From an uncultured Bacteriovoracaceae bacterium (GTDB lineage Bacteria; Bdellovibrionota; Bacteriovoracia; Bacteriovoracales; Bacteriovoracaceae): 64,000 nt of DNA. Positions 28,082 through 35,969 of this stretch are shown piece by piece (the stretch's first letter is position 1; every line of letters starts with the position of its first letter). Both the position numbers and the translations under genes were made by a program. A model generated the notes under the pieces. It was not told where the DNA came from. It searched no databases and saw only the letters and a list, made by a program, of their open reading frames with translations. The DNA lies in assembly GCA_964012805.1 (NCBI GenBank), contig CAXGUD010000004.1, positions 86,900 through 150,899 on the forward strand, written 5' to 3'.

Positions 28082-29572
28082 CTATAGATTGGGGACCTTA
28101 TGGGACCATGGCGCACTTCGCTCTAATTGTGCGGCAAGTTGAAGTAGCATTCCCTCTTGGGCAAAGGGAGCAATAAAGTGGACACCAATAGGGAGGTTTT
28201 CTTTTGTCCAGTGAAGGGGAACACTCATGGCCGGTTGACCAGTCAAGTTAGCTATTTGAAGAAAAGGGACAACTCTTAAGTTCTCTTTGGCCATTTCCTC
28301 AACGATGCCTGATTTAAGGAGGAGCTTGCCTAGTCCCAGAGTATTGGCCAATTTCATAAGGACATTTTCATAAGGCTTTGGCTGAAGAGATCCCGTTTTA
28401 AAGGGTTTTTGTGCCATAGTTGGTGTAACGAGGATGTCATAATTTTGGTGAAATTTATCCATCATTTGACCGTAATGGAACCACTTTCTTTTTTCCGCAA
28501 CGTATTGACTTGCACTTAAACTTTTTCCAAGAAGGCCAAGTGTTTGTGTGACGAGCTCCAGTTGCTTGATGGATTGGCTTCCCATAAGCTCCTGCGTCTC
28601 ATCAATGTCAGCAGCAACTTGCCCCATGAGCATCGTAAGGCATACTTTGGCCAACTCTTCTCCGTTGAAGCGAGGTCCTTCCTCCTCGACAGTGTGGCCT
28701 AGGTTTTCTAATAACCTTGCTGTTTTTAAGACAGCTTCCTGACAATCTTTATCTATATCAAAGCCAAGCGGATGCTTTAAGGTAAAGGCAATTTTCAAAG
28801 GTTTTGGATTTCTTTCAATCCCTTGTAAAAAAGGTTGCTCAGGAGGAGCGATTTGTTGAGCAGAACCAATATCTGGTCCATGTGTTTGGTCGAGCATACA
28901 GGCACTGTCTCTGACTGAGCGGCTTAAGACGTGTTGTGAAACGGCTCCTGCCCAGTATTCTCCTGCTTTTGGACCGGAAGGATTGCGACCCCTGGATGGT
29001 TTAAGGCCAAAAAGACCTAAGCAAGAGGAGGGAATTCGGATTGAACCAAGTCCATCTCCAGCTGAAGCTAAAGGGGTTATTCCTGAAGCAACGGCAGCGC
29101 CCGAGCCCCCTGATGACCCTCCTGTTGTATAATCTGTATTCCATGGATTTCGACTTGCTCCAAAGGCCTTGGGCTCCGTAAATCCAAGAATCCCAAACTC
29201 AGGTGTATTGGTTTTTCCAAAAATGGCCACACCACTTTTTTTAAACCGTTTCACTATTTCAGCGTCACCATCAGAAACAAAATTAAATTTCTTATAGGCC
29301 ATGGATCCATTGGCCATGGGAAAGCCTTTATAATCAGCAAGGAGGTCCTTTAGGAGAAAGGGAACACCTTCAAAAGGACCTTTTGGAAGTTCGGAGTCTG
29401 CCATTTTGAGGCCTTCGCTATACATGGGAGTATTGATAGCGAAAATTTTGGGATTTACCTGGTTGGCCCTCTCAATTGCGACCTTCATGAGCTCTCTAGG
29501 AGTGACTTCTTTCTTTTTTACGAGCTCAGCAAGACCAATCCCATCATAGCTTTGGTATTCAGAAAAGTTCAC
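28082..29572 (-). CDS. Amidase signature family enzyme
   Basis: GVPFLLKD, GKTNTPEF, GGSSGGS, DGLGSIRIP; GTG start after GAGG. Confidence 0.95.
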   Translation of the reverse strand: MNFSEYQSYDGIGLAELVKKKEVTPRELMKVAIERANQVNPKIFAINTPMYSEGLKMADSELPKGPFEGVPFLLKDLLADYKGFPMANGSMAYKKFNFVSDGDAEIVKRFKKSGVAIFGKTNTPEFGILGFTEPKAFGASRNPWNTDYTTGGSSGGSGAAVASGITPLASAGDGLGSIRIPSSCLGLFGLKPSRGRNPSGPKAGEYWAGAVSQHVLSRSVRDSACMLDQTHGPDIGSAQQIAPPEQPFLQGIERNPKPLKIAFTLKHPLGFDIDKDCQEAVLKTARLLENLGHTVEEEGPRFNGEELAKVCLTMLMGQVAADIDETQELMGSQSIKQLELVTQTLGLLGKSLSASQYVAEKRKWFHYGQMMDKFHQNYDILVTPTMAQKPFKTGSLQPKPYENVLMKLANTLGLGKLLLKSGIVEEMAKENLRVVPFLQIANLTGQPAMSVPLHWTKENLPIGVHFIAPFAQEGMLLQLAAQLERSAPWSHKVPNL

Positions 29573-29724
29573 TGTTTTCCACCTCTGGTTGAAATAATCC
29601 TAAATTTAAAAAAAGATGGTTGCTATTTAAAGAGAAAAAGAAGGGAAAGACAATAGGGGCACCAATAGTATCTAAAGATTTAATTTTAAAATAAAAAAAA
29701 GCCGTAAAATGTAAATCCTCTTAA

Positions 29725-29793
29725 ATTTTTCACCCTCCATTTATTGGACTTTTTAACTTTGAATCCAAGGTATTTAAAAAGAGGGTGAAAAAT
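29725..29793. repeat. Perfect 13-bp inverted repeat (possible terminator or stabilising hairpin)
   Basis: ATTTTTCACCCTC (29725-29737) / GAGGGTGAAAAAT (29781-29793), inner TTGGA/TCCAA; 7 nt past the stop of the 29801..30661 gene. Confidence 0.6.
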
Positions 29794-29800
29794 GAGTCTT

Positions 29801-30661
29801 TTAGAGGTTTTTTAATGCCCATAAAGGGTAGTCTGTTTCGATAAGGTCAACTTTCCTATCCACCATTTGGTTGAGCCTCCTTTTTGAGTTAACTCCCCAA
29901 GCGATAAGTTTAAAGCCTTGCCCTTTTAACTTGCGAGAAAGTGATTTTGTAAGAAAAAAGCTGTGAGGCTGGAGGTAGGAAACATTAATTGACTTTAATT
30001 CTTTAAAGAGGTCGCTCCAATCTAAACTCGTTCCTAAGGTGATACCTAAGGTTTCTGTGTGGGCCACAAAAACAAAAACTTTCGGAATTTCGGGAACTAG
30101 CTTTTCAAATTTGTAGAGGACTGATTTATCAAAGGATTTAAGCCAAACTTGATGGCCTTTACCGCTTTTTTGGAGGAGGGAGGCAATCTTAGATTCAATA
30201 CCAAAGGTTCCTTTTGTCGATTTAACTTCTATTATTAAAGTAACACCTTCTTGGGGAAGCCATTCTAGGACTTCTTCGAGAGTCGGTATTTTTTCTCCTT
30301 TAAATTGAGAAGAAAACCAAGAACCAGCATCAAGGCTTTTGAGTTCTTTTAGTGTTTTGTAGGCCACTTTACCATAACCGTTGGTCGTTCGATCAAGACT
30401 TGAGTCGTGAAAAAGAATAACTTCACCATCTTTACTTAATTGAACGTCTATTTCGATATGGGAAACCCCAGAGAGAAAGGCCTCTTTTATGGCCGCCATA
30501 GTGTTCTCAGGGGCTTTGGAGCTAAAGCCTCTGTGGGCTATGACCTGGACATTTTTTTGGGTGTTCAGGGAGTGAGCGAGTGAACCCAACGCTTGGCCCA
30601 TTTTAAGGGGCAGAAAAAATAGGGAAAAGGAAAGAGAGAGGGAAAAAATTAGTTTTTTCAT
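29801..30661 (-). CDS. Glycerophosphodiester phosphodiesterase (secreted)
   Basis: IAHRG, PENT, EIDV, FHD, IPTLEE, IETDYP. Confidence 0.93.
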   Translation of the reverse strand: MKKLIFSLSLSFSLFFLPLKMGQALGSLAHSLNTQKNVQVIAHRGFSSKAPENTMAAIKEAFLSGVSHIEIDVQLSKDGEVILFHDSSLDRTTNGYGKVAYKTLKELKSLDAGSWFSSQFKGEKIPTLEEVLEWLPQEGVTLIIEVKSTKGTFGIESKIASLLQKSGKGHQVWLKSFDKSVLYKFEKLVPEIPKVFVFVAHTETLGITLGTSLDWSDLFKELKSINVSYLQPHSFFLTKSLSRKLKGQGFKLIAWGVNSKRRLNQMVDRKVDLIETDYPLWALKNL

Positions 30662-30662
30662 C

Positions 30663-31700
30663 TTATTGGACCTTTCTTTTTAATTTAACAAATTCATAAG
30701 AGGCATTAGCTTTTTGTTTCATATAATAAAGGGAGCCGTCTGGGGTAAAGCTTGGGTAATAACAATTTGATTTTTTACATTCACTCACCCAATTGAAATA
30801 ACCTGTTTCGAGGTTATAAGTCATAATATCAATCTGATTACTCAAATCTTGAGTTTTGACAACATAGGCGACATCTTTTGGGTTCACGGGAGAAACGTGA
30901 AAGGCCATAAGTTTATCGTCGTAGGAGAAATCGACTTTGCCAGTGGGCATTTGAAGGTCTTTAAAAAGGTGGCATTTAAACTTATCATCCATTGTATAAA
31001 TCTTCATATGTCTTGATTTAGGGTCTACGGCCGCAAAATATTTTCCACTTTTTGAGAGCATAGGAAGTGATACTTCAATATTGGGACAAAACTTTTTTGC
31101 CCTTCTGTAAAGCGTTCGCATTTTTTTTGGAGACTGGTCATGGTTTAGCAAAATTTCATAATCCTGAAGGAAGACATTCTTTTTATTTAAAAAACTTTCA
31201 GTAACCATCCTGAGGATTATTTTGTCTTCGTTTTTTTCAATAATGGCCATTGTTTGATAGGCGCCTGGGAGAGTACGGTCCTTAAAAAAGGGTCTTTTTT
31301 TACCTTTAAGGAGGTCATTTGTTCTATAAAACTCCATAGAGCCAAATTCCGGTATAAAACCGTATCTAGGAGCAACCCTTATATTGGGAACAAGCTTGGG
31401 AATAGTCACGAGGCCTTTAAAGGGGGTAGGAATTGCATCGACCCAGTGAGGAATGTTAATTTCCCTTCCTGTCTCCATGTTAAGAAGATAATTCCTTGTT
31501 CCAGAGGTATAGGAAATGAAGGGAGAATCAGGAACTGGTCTAAAAAAGTATTTTGGATCTTTTTTCGGTGCCATGGTCATTTCAACCGACCATTCCTTAG
31601 GGTTGGAATAGGCCATATCGTAGGATCCGATAAAGAGAGAAAAAAAGATTAGGAAAAAGTGAAATGACTTTAGTTTTTTAACAAGTTTAGGTGTGTTCAT
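30663..31700 (-). CDS. Secreted hypothetical protein, probable beta-propeller (TolB-like C-terminus)
   Basis: LPMLSKSGKY, KVDFSYDDKLMAFH, YPSFTPDGSLYY blade-like repeats. Confidence 0.6.
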   Translation of the reverse strand: MNTPKLVKKLKSFHFFLIFFSLFIGSYDMAYSNPKEWSVEMTMAPKKDPKYFFRPVPDSPFISYTSGTRNYLLNMETGREINIPHWVDAIPTPFKGLVTIPKLVPNIRVAPRYGFIPEFGSMEFYRTNDLLKGKKRPFFKDRTLPGAYQTMAIIEKNEDKIILRMVTESFLNKKNVFLQDYEILLNHDQSPKKMRTLYRRAKKFCPNIEVSLPMLSKSGKYFAAVDPKSRHMKIYTMDDKFKCHLFKDLQMPTGKVDFSYDDKLMAFHVSPVNPKDVAYVVKTQDLSNQIDIMTYNLETGYFNWVSECKKSNCYYPSFTPDGSLYYMKQKANASYEFVKLKRKVQ

Positions 31701-31714
31701 TTAAAAGCTTCCTT

Positions 31715-32572
31715 TTATTTTGAAGCCGCTTTCTCTAAGGCTTCGTGAATAGCTTCTTCACCTTTAGCACCAAAGAGTTGTACATGAGAAATTTTTCCTT
31801 CTTTGTAGAAGAAATAATTAGGAAAATGGAGGGATGCACCTTGAAGGTGGAGACGCTCTGCCTTATTTCTTCTCGTTAGCTTTGAGGGTAAGGAAAACTG
31901 CTTTGTAACTTTTTTTATCTCTTTATCATTTGCAAGAGGGTCCATCAAAATAGTCAAAGGAAGCTTTAACTTTTTGGCAACATTTTGAAGAGGATATAGA
32001 GAGCCTACAGAATAAGGCATATGAGGACTCCATAAATAAATAATCCCTTTCTTGGACTCTTTAAGAAGCATTTTGAGATCATCGTCCGTAAAGTCACTCG
32101 TTTTGGTCTTAAACCCAGTTAATTTGTAATGGGAGTTTTCTCTAGTCTTTTTTTCTTTGCGTAAAAGCGTAACGTGACACTTTTTTGGTGAGGACGGATT
32201 AAGTTTATAAAATTCGATTTGTTTCAATGTTTTTAAAGATAGGTAGAGAGTTTTTTGAGGCACAGACTTTTTTTCAATGCTTAGTTGGGCCCCTCCTTTT
32301 CCAGAGAGGATCGTTTGATAAATGAAGCGTACATTCCCCTTAGAACCTTTACCCGGTCTAAGGGTCCATTTCAGTTCGGATACTTTTGATTTAATTGATA
32401 AGGCATCCAAACAGATTTGAGGAATGGGGCTTTTTTTATTTTCTGGGCGTGGAGGCGCTAGATTTGTGGATGAAAAACCACTCTTTGCAGTAGAGACCAA
32501 AAAAAAGACCGCGACGAGGTGAATGATATGACTAAGGGTGAGTTTAAAAAAAGATTTTTTCATGCAGTGCAA
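31715..32572 (-). CDS. Secreted hypothetical protein with thioredoxin-like C-terminal domain lacking CxxC
   Basis: IYLWSPHMPYS at the WCxxC position; HFPNYFFYKEGKI cis-Pro-like motif. Confidence 0.55.
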   Translation of the reverse strand: MHCMKKSFFKLTLSHIIHLVAVFFLVSTAKSGFSSTNLAPPRPENKKSPIPQICLDALSIKSKVSELKWTLRPGKGSKGNVRFIYQTILSGKGGAQLSIEKKSVPQKTLYLSLKTLKQIEFYKLNPSSPKKCHVTLLRKEKKTRENSHYKLTGFKTKTSDFTDDDLKMLLKESKKGIIYLWSPHMPYSVGSLYPLQNVAKKLKLPLTILMDPLANDKEIKKVTKQFSLPSKLTRRNKAERLHLQGASLHFPNYFFYKEGKISHVQLFGAKGEEAIHEALEKAASK

Positions 32573-32686
32573 TTACCCTTCCACGGAAGGCTTTGTCAAT
32601 TTTGAGGTGATCTTTTTCTCTTCCTTTACACGTTGTTTTTGATAAATTAGTCATTAATTTAGAAACAAAGTTTTTGAGGAGAATTT

Positions 32687-34588
32687 GTGGAAAATATAAA
32701 TAATTACCAAGCTTTAGGGCATCATTCAATGACCAGAAAAAGCGTGCGGTTCTCTTTGAATATTTTTTTTACTTTTTCTTTTTTTCTTTTTTTGATTTTT
32801 GCCGAGGAGGCTTTTGCTGGGGGAGGTCGAAAAAGAGAAATATATAAGGATTTTAAAAAGCCTTTTCCCTTTACCCTTTTCCATACAAATGATCTTCATT
32901 CACATTTTGAGGGTACGGGGCCCGATCACTATTTCACACGTTTTATAAAAGACAGAGACCCGGTAAAAGGTCATTACGCTCGTTTGGCCTTCAAGATTAA
33001 AGAGCAGGTTCTTGAAAAAAAGGAGTCAAAGGAGCCTTACCTACTTTTAGATGCAGGAGATTACTTTTCAGGGACTTTATTTCACACTTTGGCCCCTCGA
33101 AAGGACATTAAATCTGCCCCGGAATTTGAGTTTTTTCAGGCCCTTAATTACGATGCTATTATTTTGGGAAACCATGAGTTTGATGCAGGCGAAGACGGCC
33201 TTGAAACAATGCTTGAAAAGGCCCGCGCGATGAAGCCAACATTCAATATTGTTGTGAGTAACTTAGATGAAGCCGGCAAAAATTCCTTTTTGAAGAAGTT
33301 TATGAATAAAACTGATGGAGAGTTTAGAGGAGGAGCTTTTAGTCAGGACCTGAAAAAAAAGAAATTAATTCATCAAGTTCTTGTAAAGGAGGTTCACCAC
33401 GAGGGGCGGACTCTAAAACTAGGTTTGATTGGTCTCCTGGGACCTGATGCTGCTTTTGCAAGCCTGAGCGATAGGGAGAAGGTTTCCTTTGTTGGTTACA
33501 AGGATGCAGGGTCAAAAGCAAGAATGAAAGACCTTGTGGCCTTAACTCAAAAGTGGACGGATATTTTAAAAAAGAAAAAGAAAGCCGACGTCGTTGTGGT
33601 AGTGATCCATGGAGGTTCACCAGAGGATGAAGAGCTCGCTAGGAAGGTTGAAGGACTTGATGTTATTATCGCAGGCCACACTCACAGAGTTTATGAAAGT
33701 TTAAACGGACCTAATGGGGTGATCCTCGCCCAAGCCGGCTCTTACGGAAGGTTCCTTGGACGCTTGGAGCTTGAATACTTCAAGGGTAGGGTGAGGGCAC
33801 GGAAAAAGGCCAGGCCTCACCTGGTTTTAATTGATGACAATATTCCAGTTGATAAAGAAGTTTTTGAAAAAATAGAGTCTTATAAACGACTTATCTCGAA
33901 AAAGGTTCTTAAGGGTTCTCAATACCGATATGACACTCCAATTTATAAAAATAAAAAAAGAATAGAGAGGGGGTTCCTACCAACGAGTGACTTGGGGAAG
34001 TTAGTTACAAAGGGTCTAAGAAAGGAGTTGAACCTTCAAATGGATGATCCTATTGACGTATATTTTAGTCCACTTGCTCTGATAAGATGGGGTGCCATAC
34101 CTGCTTTAGAAGGGCAAAAAGAGGGGACGGTCATTCAGTACTCCGACATTTTTAGGATGCTGGGAATGGGTTTTGATAAAGAGCTACGCCCAGGAACTCC
34201 TATCGTTGACTTTTATATTTCTAAAGACGACTTCGTAAAGGTTTTACAATTTACAGAACTTTATAGGTTAATAAACCACCATAGCATAATTGCTTACTCC
34301 CCTTCATTAAAATATGAGACACATAAGAAGGTCCCTTTACTTAAGGAAAAGAAAAAAACTTTGAGGCTTCATGGTTTGCCTTTTTCCCAATGGCCTGAAC
34401 GCATTCATGTGGCAACAAACCTTAAACTTGCTAAATATATTTTTAGGTTAAAGGAATTATCCTATGGTTTGGTTCAAGTGGATGCTACTGACAAAAATGG
34501 GAAGGTTCTCAACAGCTTGGAATCTATAAAAGGTGTAAGAGAGCATACACTTTTTTCTGACTATTTAAGAAAAAGCGTAAATTTGTAA
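32687..34588 (+). CDS. Bifunctional metallophosphoesterase / 5'-nucleotidase
   Basis: HTNDLHSH, DAGD, GNHEFD, AGHTH motifs; true start may be ATG 32729. Confidence 0.9.
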   Translation: MENINNYQALGHHSMTRKSVRFSLNIFFTFSFFLFLIFAEEAFAGGGRKREIYKDFKKPFPFTLFHTNDLHSHFEGTGPDHYFTRFIKDRDPVKGHYARLAFKIKEQVLEKKESKEPYLLLDAGDYFSGTLFHTLAPRKDIKSAPEFEFFQALNYDAIILGNHEFDAGEDGLETMLEKARAMKPTFNIVVSNLDEAGKNSFLKKFMNKTDGEFRGGAFSQDLKKKKLIHQVLVKEVHHEGRTLKLGLIGLLGPDAAFASLSDREKVSFVGYKDAGSKARMKDLVALTQKWTDILKKKKKADVVVVVIHGGSPEDEELARKVEGLDVIIAGHTHRVYESLNGPNGVILAQAGSYGRFLGRLELEYFKGRVRARKKARPHLVLIDDNIPVDKEVFEKIESYKRLISKKVLKGSQYRYDTPIYKNKKRIERGFLPTSDLGKLVTKGLRKELNLQMDDPIDVYFSPLALIRWGAIPALEGQKEGTVIQYSDIFRMLGMGFDKELRPGTPIVDFYISKDDFVKVLQFTELYRLINHHSIIAYSPSLKYETHKKVPLLKEKKKTLRLHGLPFSQWPERIHVATNLKLAKYIFRLKELSYGLVQVDATDKNGKVLNSLESIKGVREHTLFSDYLRKSVNL

Positions 34589-34612
34589 AAATGGTAAAAT
34601 AAACATCGATAA
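34586..34612 (+). promoter_or_regulatory. Sigma28-like promoter candidate
   Basis: TAAA-N15-ATCGATAA, 22 nt upstream of 34635. Confidence 0.4.
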
Positions 34613-34634
34613 GAAGTGAAGAAGAGAGGTGTGA

Positions 34635-35384
34635 GTGAGCTCAAAAATTCTGATCTTTCAGCACGTACCCCATGAAATTTTAGGGACTTTCGATCCTTTA
34701 TTGAAAAGGCGGGGGGTTCGAATGAGGTATGTGAACTTTTCTCGAGGAAACGTCGATTCAATCAATTTAGAGAGTTACGATGGGCTTATTGTTTTAGGTG
34801 GGCCTATGAGTGTTAATCAACTTGATGAGTACCCTCATCTTAAAGAAGAAATTTATTGGATAAAGAAGGCCATAGAGCAAGATCTTTTTGTATTAGGAAT
34901 CTGCCTTGGGGCCCAATTAATTTCTAAGGCCTTAGGTGGGGAAATAACAAAAAGTCCATCTCCTGAAATTGGTTGGTTTGATATTAAGCTAAACAATGAG
35001 GGAAAAGAGGATCCTCTGTTTGAGTTTTTTGATGAAAATCAGAAAATATTTCAATGGCATGGAGATGCCTTTTCTATACCAGAAGGAGCTGTAAACCTGG
35101 CTTCGTCCACGAACTGTCCCCATCAAGCTTTTCGTTACGGGCAAAAGGTTTATGGTTTTCAATTTCATTTAGAGGTTAATCATGACCTTATTGAAAGGTG
35201 GCTTGATAATGAAGTGAATGAAAGTGAACTTGAAAAGCATAGACCACATATGGATATTCCACAAATTAGAAAAGAAACTGAGCAATATTTAGGCCCTCTT
35301 CAGGTTTTAAGTGACAAAACTTTTGCCCTATTTTTAAAAATAGTGGGGGTAGTTGAAAAAGAAGTAAAGTTAAAGTCTAGGTAG
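34635..35384 (+). CDS. Class I glutamine amidotransferase-like protein (GMP synthase-like)
   Basis: LGGPMSV, GICLGAQ nucleophile elbow, QWHGD, QFHLE. Confidence 0.92.
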   Translation: MSSKILIFQHVPHEILGTFDPLLKRRGVRMRYVNFSRGNVDSINLESYDGLIVLGGPMSVNQLDEYPHLKEEIYWIKKAIEQDLFVLGICLGAQLISKALGGEITKSPSPEIGWFDIKLNNEGKEDPLFEFFDENQKIFQWHGDAFSIPEGAVNLASSTNCPHQAFRYGQKVYGFQFHLEVNHDLIERWLDNEVNESELEKHRPHMDIPQIRKETEQYLGPLQVLSDKTFALFLKIVGVVEKEVKLKSR

Positions 35385-35388
35385 ATCG

Positions 35389-35742
35389 TTAATTGATTGA
35401 ACTTGTTAAAAAGGTATTCAAAAAAACGAAAGTAATTATAATTCCAATATAGGCCATGACAAAAAAGTTATCCATTAACATAGAGCTCATTTTCTCTGAT
35501 TTTTCCATAAGCTCCTGGTCATCTTTATAATAGTTAATGGTAAGTTCCCCATCTGATATTTCAAAGTCAGCTGAATAACCATTTTTTTGTTTCACAGGGC
35601 GTGTAATTTGAGTTGTTATACTTTCTGATGAATTGTCGGCCCAAAATATTTCAGTGAAATTATCATAAAAAAAGATATTGCCAGTGATAAATTTTTCTCT
35701 GGAGAGTCCCATCAGAAATTTTTCAAATTCTTGAATATTCAT
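35389..35742 (-). CDS. Hypothetical protein with C-terminal TM helix
   Basis: 117-aa ORF filling the gap; hydrophobic C-terminus. Confidence 0.55.
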   Translation of the reverse strand: MNIQEFEKFLMGLSREKFITGNIFFYDNFTEIFWADNSSESITTQITRPVKQKNGYSADFEISDGELTINYYKDDQELMEKSEKMSSMLMDNFFVMAYIGIIITFVFLNTFLTSSIN

Positions 35743-35840
35743 TAAAAAACAACTTTTATTGAGGTAAATAATAATCTAAATCTCTAGTTTCATCTTACTT
35801 TAAAAGGGCGCTTGGACCAAACAAAGAGGGAAAGCGAGGC

Positions 35841-35885
35841 TTTTTAGATGGGTTTTTAAATAATTTTTAGATGGGTTTTAAATAA
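35841..35885 (+). repeat. Tandem direct repeat, 23/22 bp
   Basis: TTTTTAGATGGGTTTTTAAATAA followed by TTTTTAGATGGGTTTTAAATAA. Confidence 0.85.
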
Positions 35886-35902
35886 CTTTTAGTGAGAAAA
35901 AG

Positions 35903-35929
35903 TATAGTTTGAGTAAAAAGATCCGATAT
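35903..35929 (+). promoter_or_regulatory. Sigma28 (FliA)-like promoter candidate
   Basis: TATAGTTT-N11-TCCGATAT vs consensus TAAAGTTT-N11-GCCGATAA; 40 nt before 35970. Confidence 0.6.
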
Positions 35930-35969
35930 GTAAGAGGCGGGAAATATTACTTTTTTTAGTGAAGTTTAA

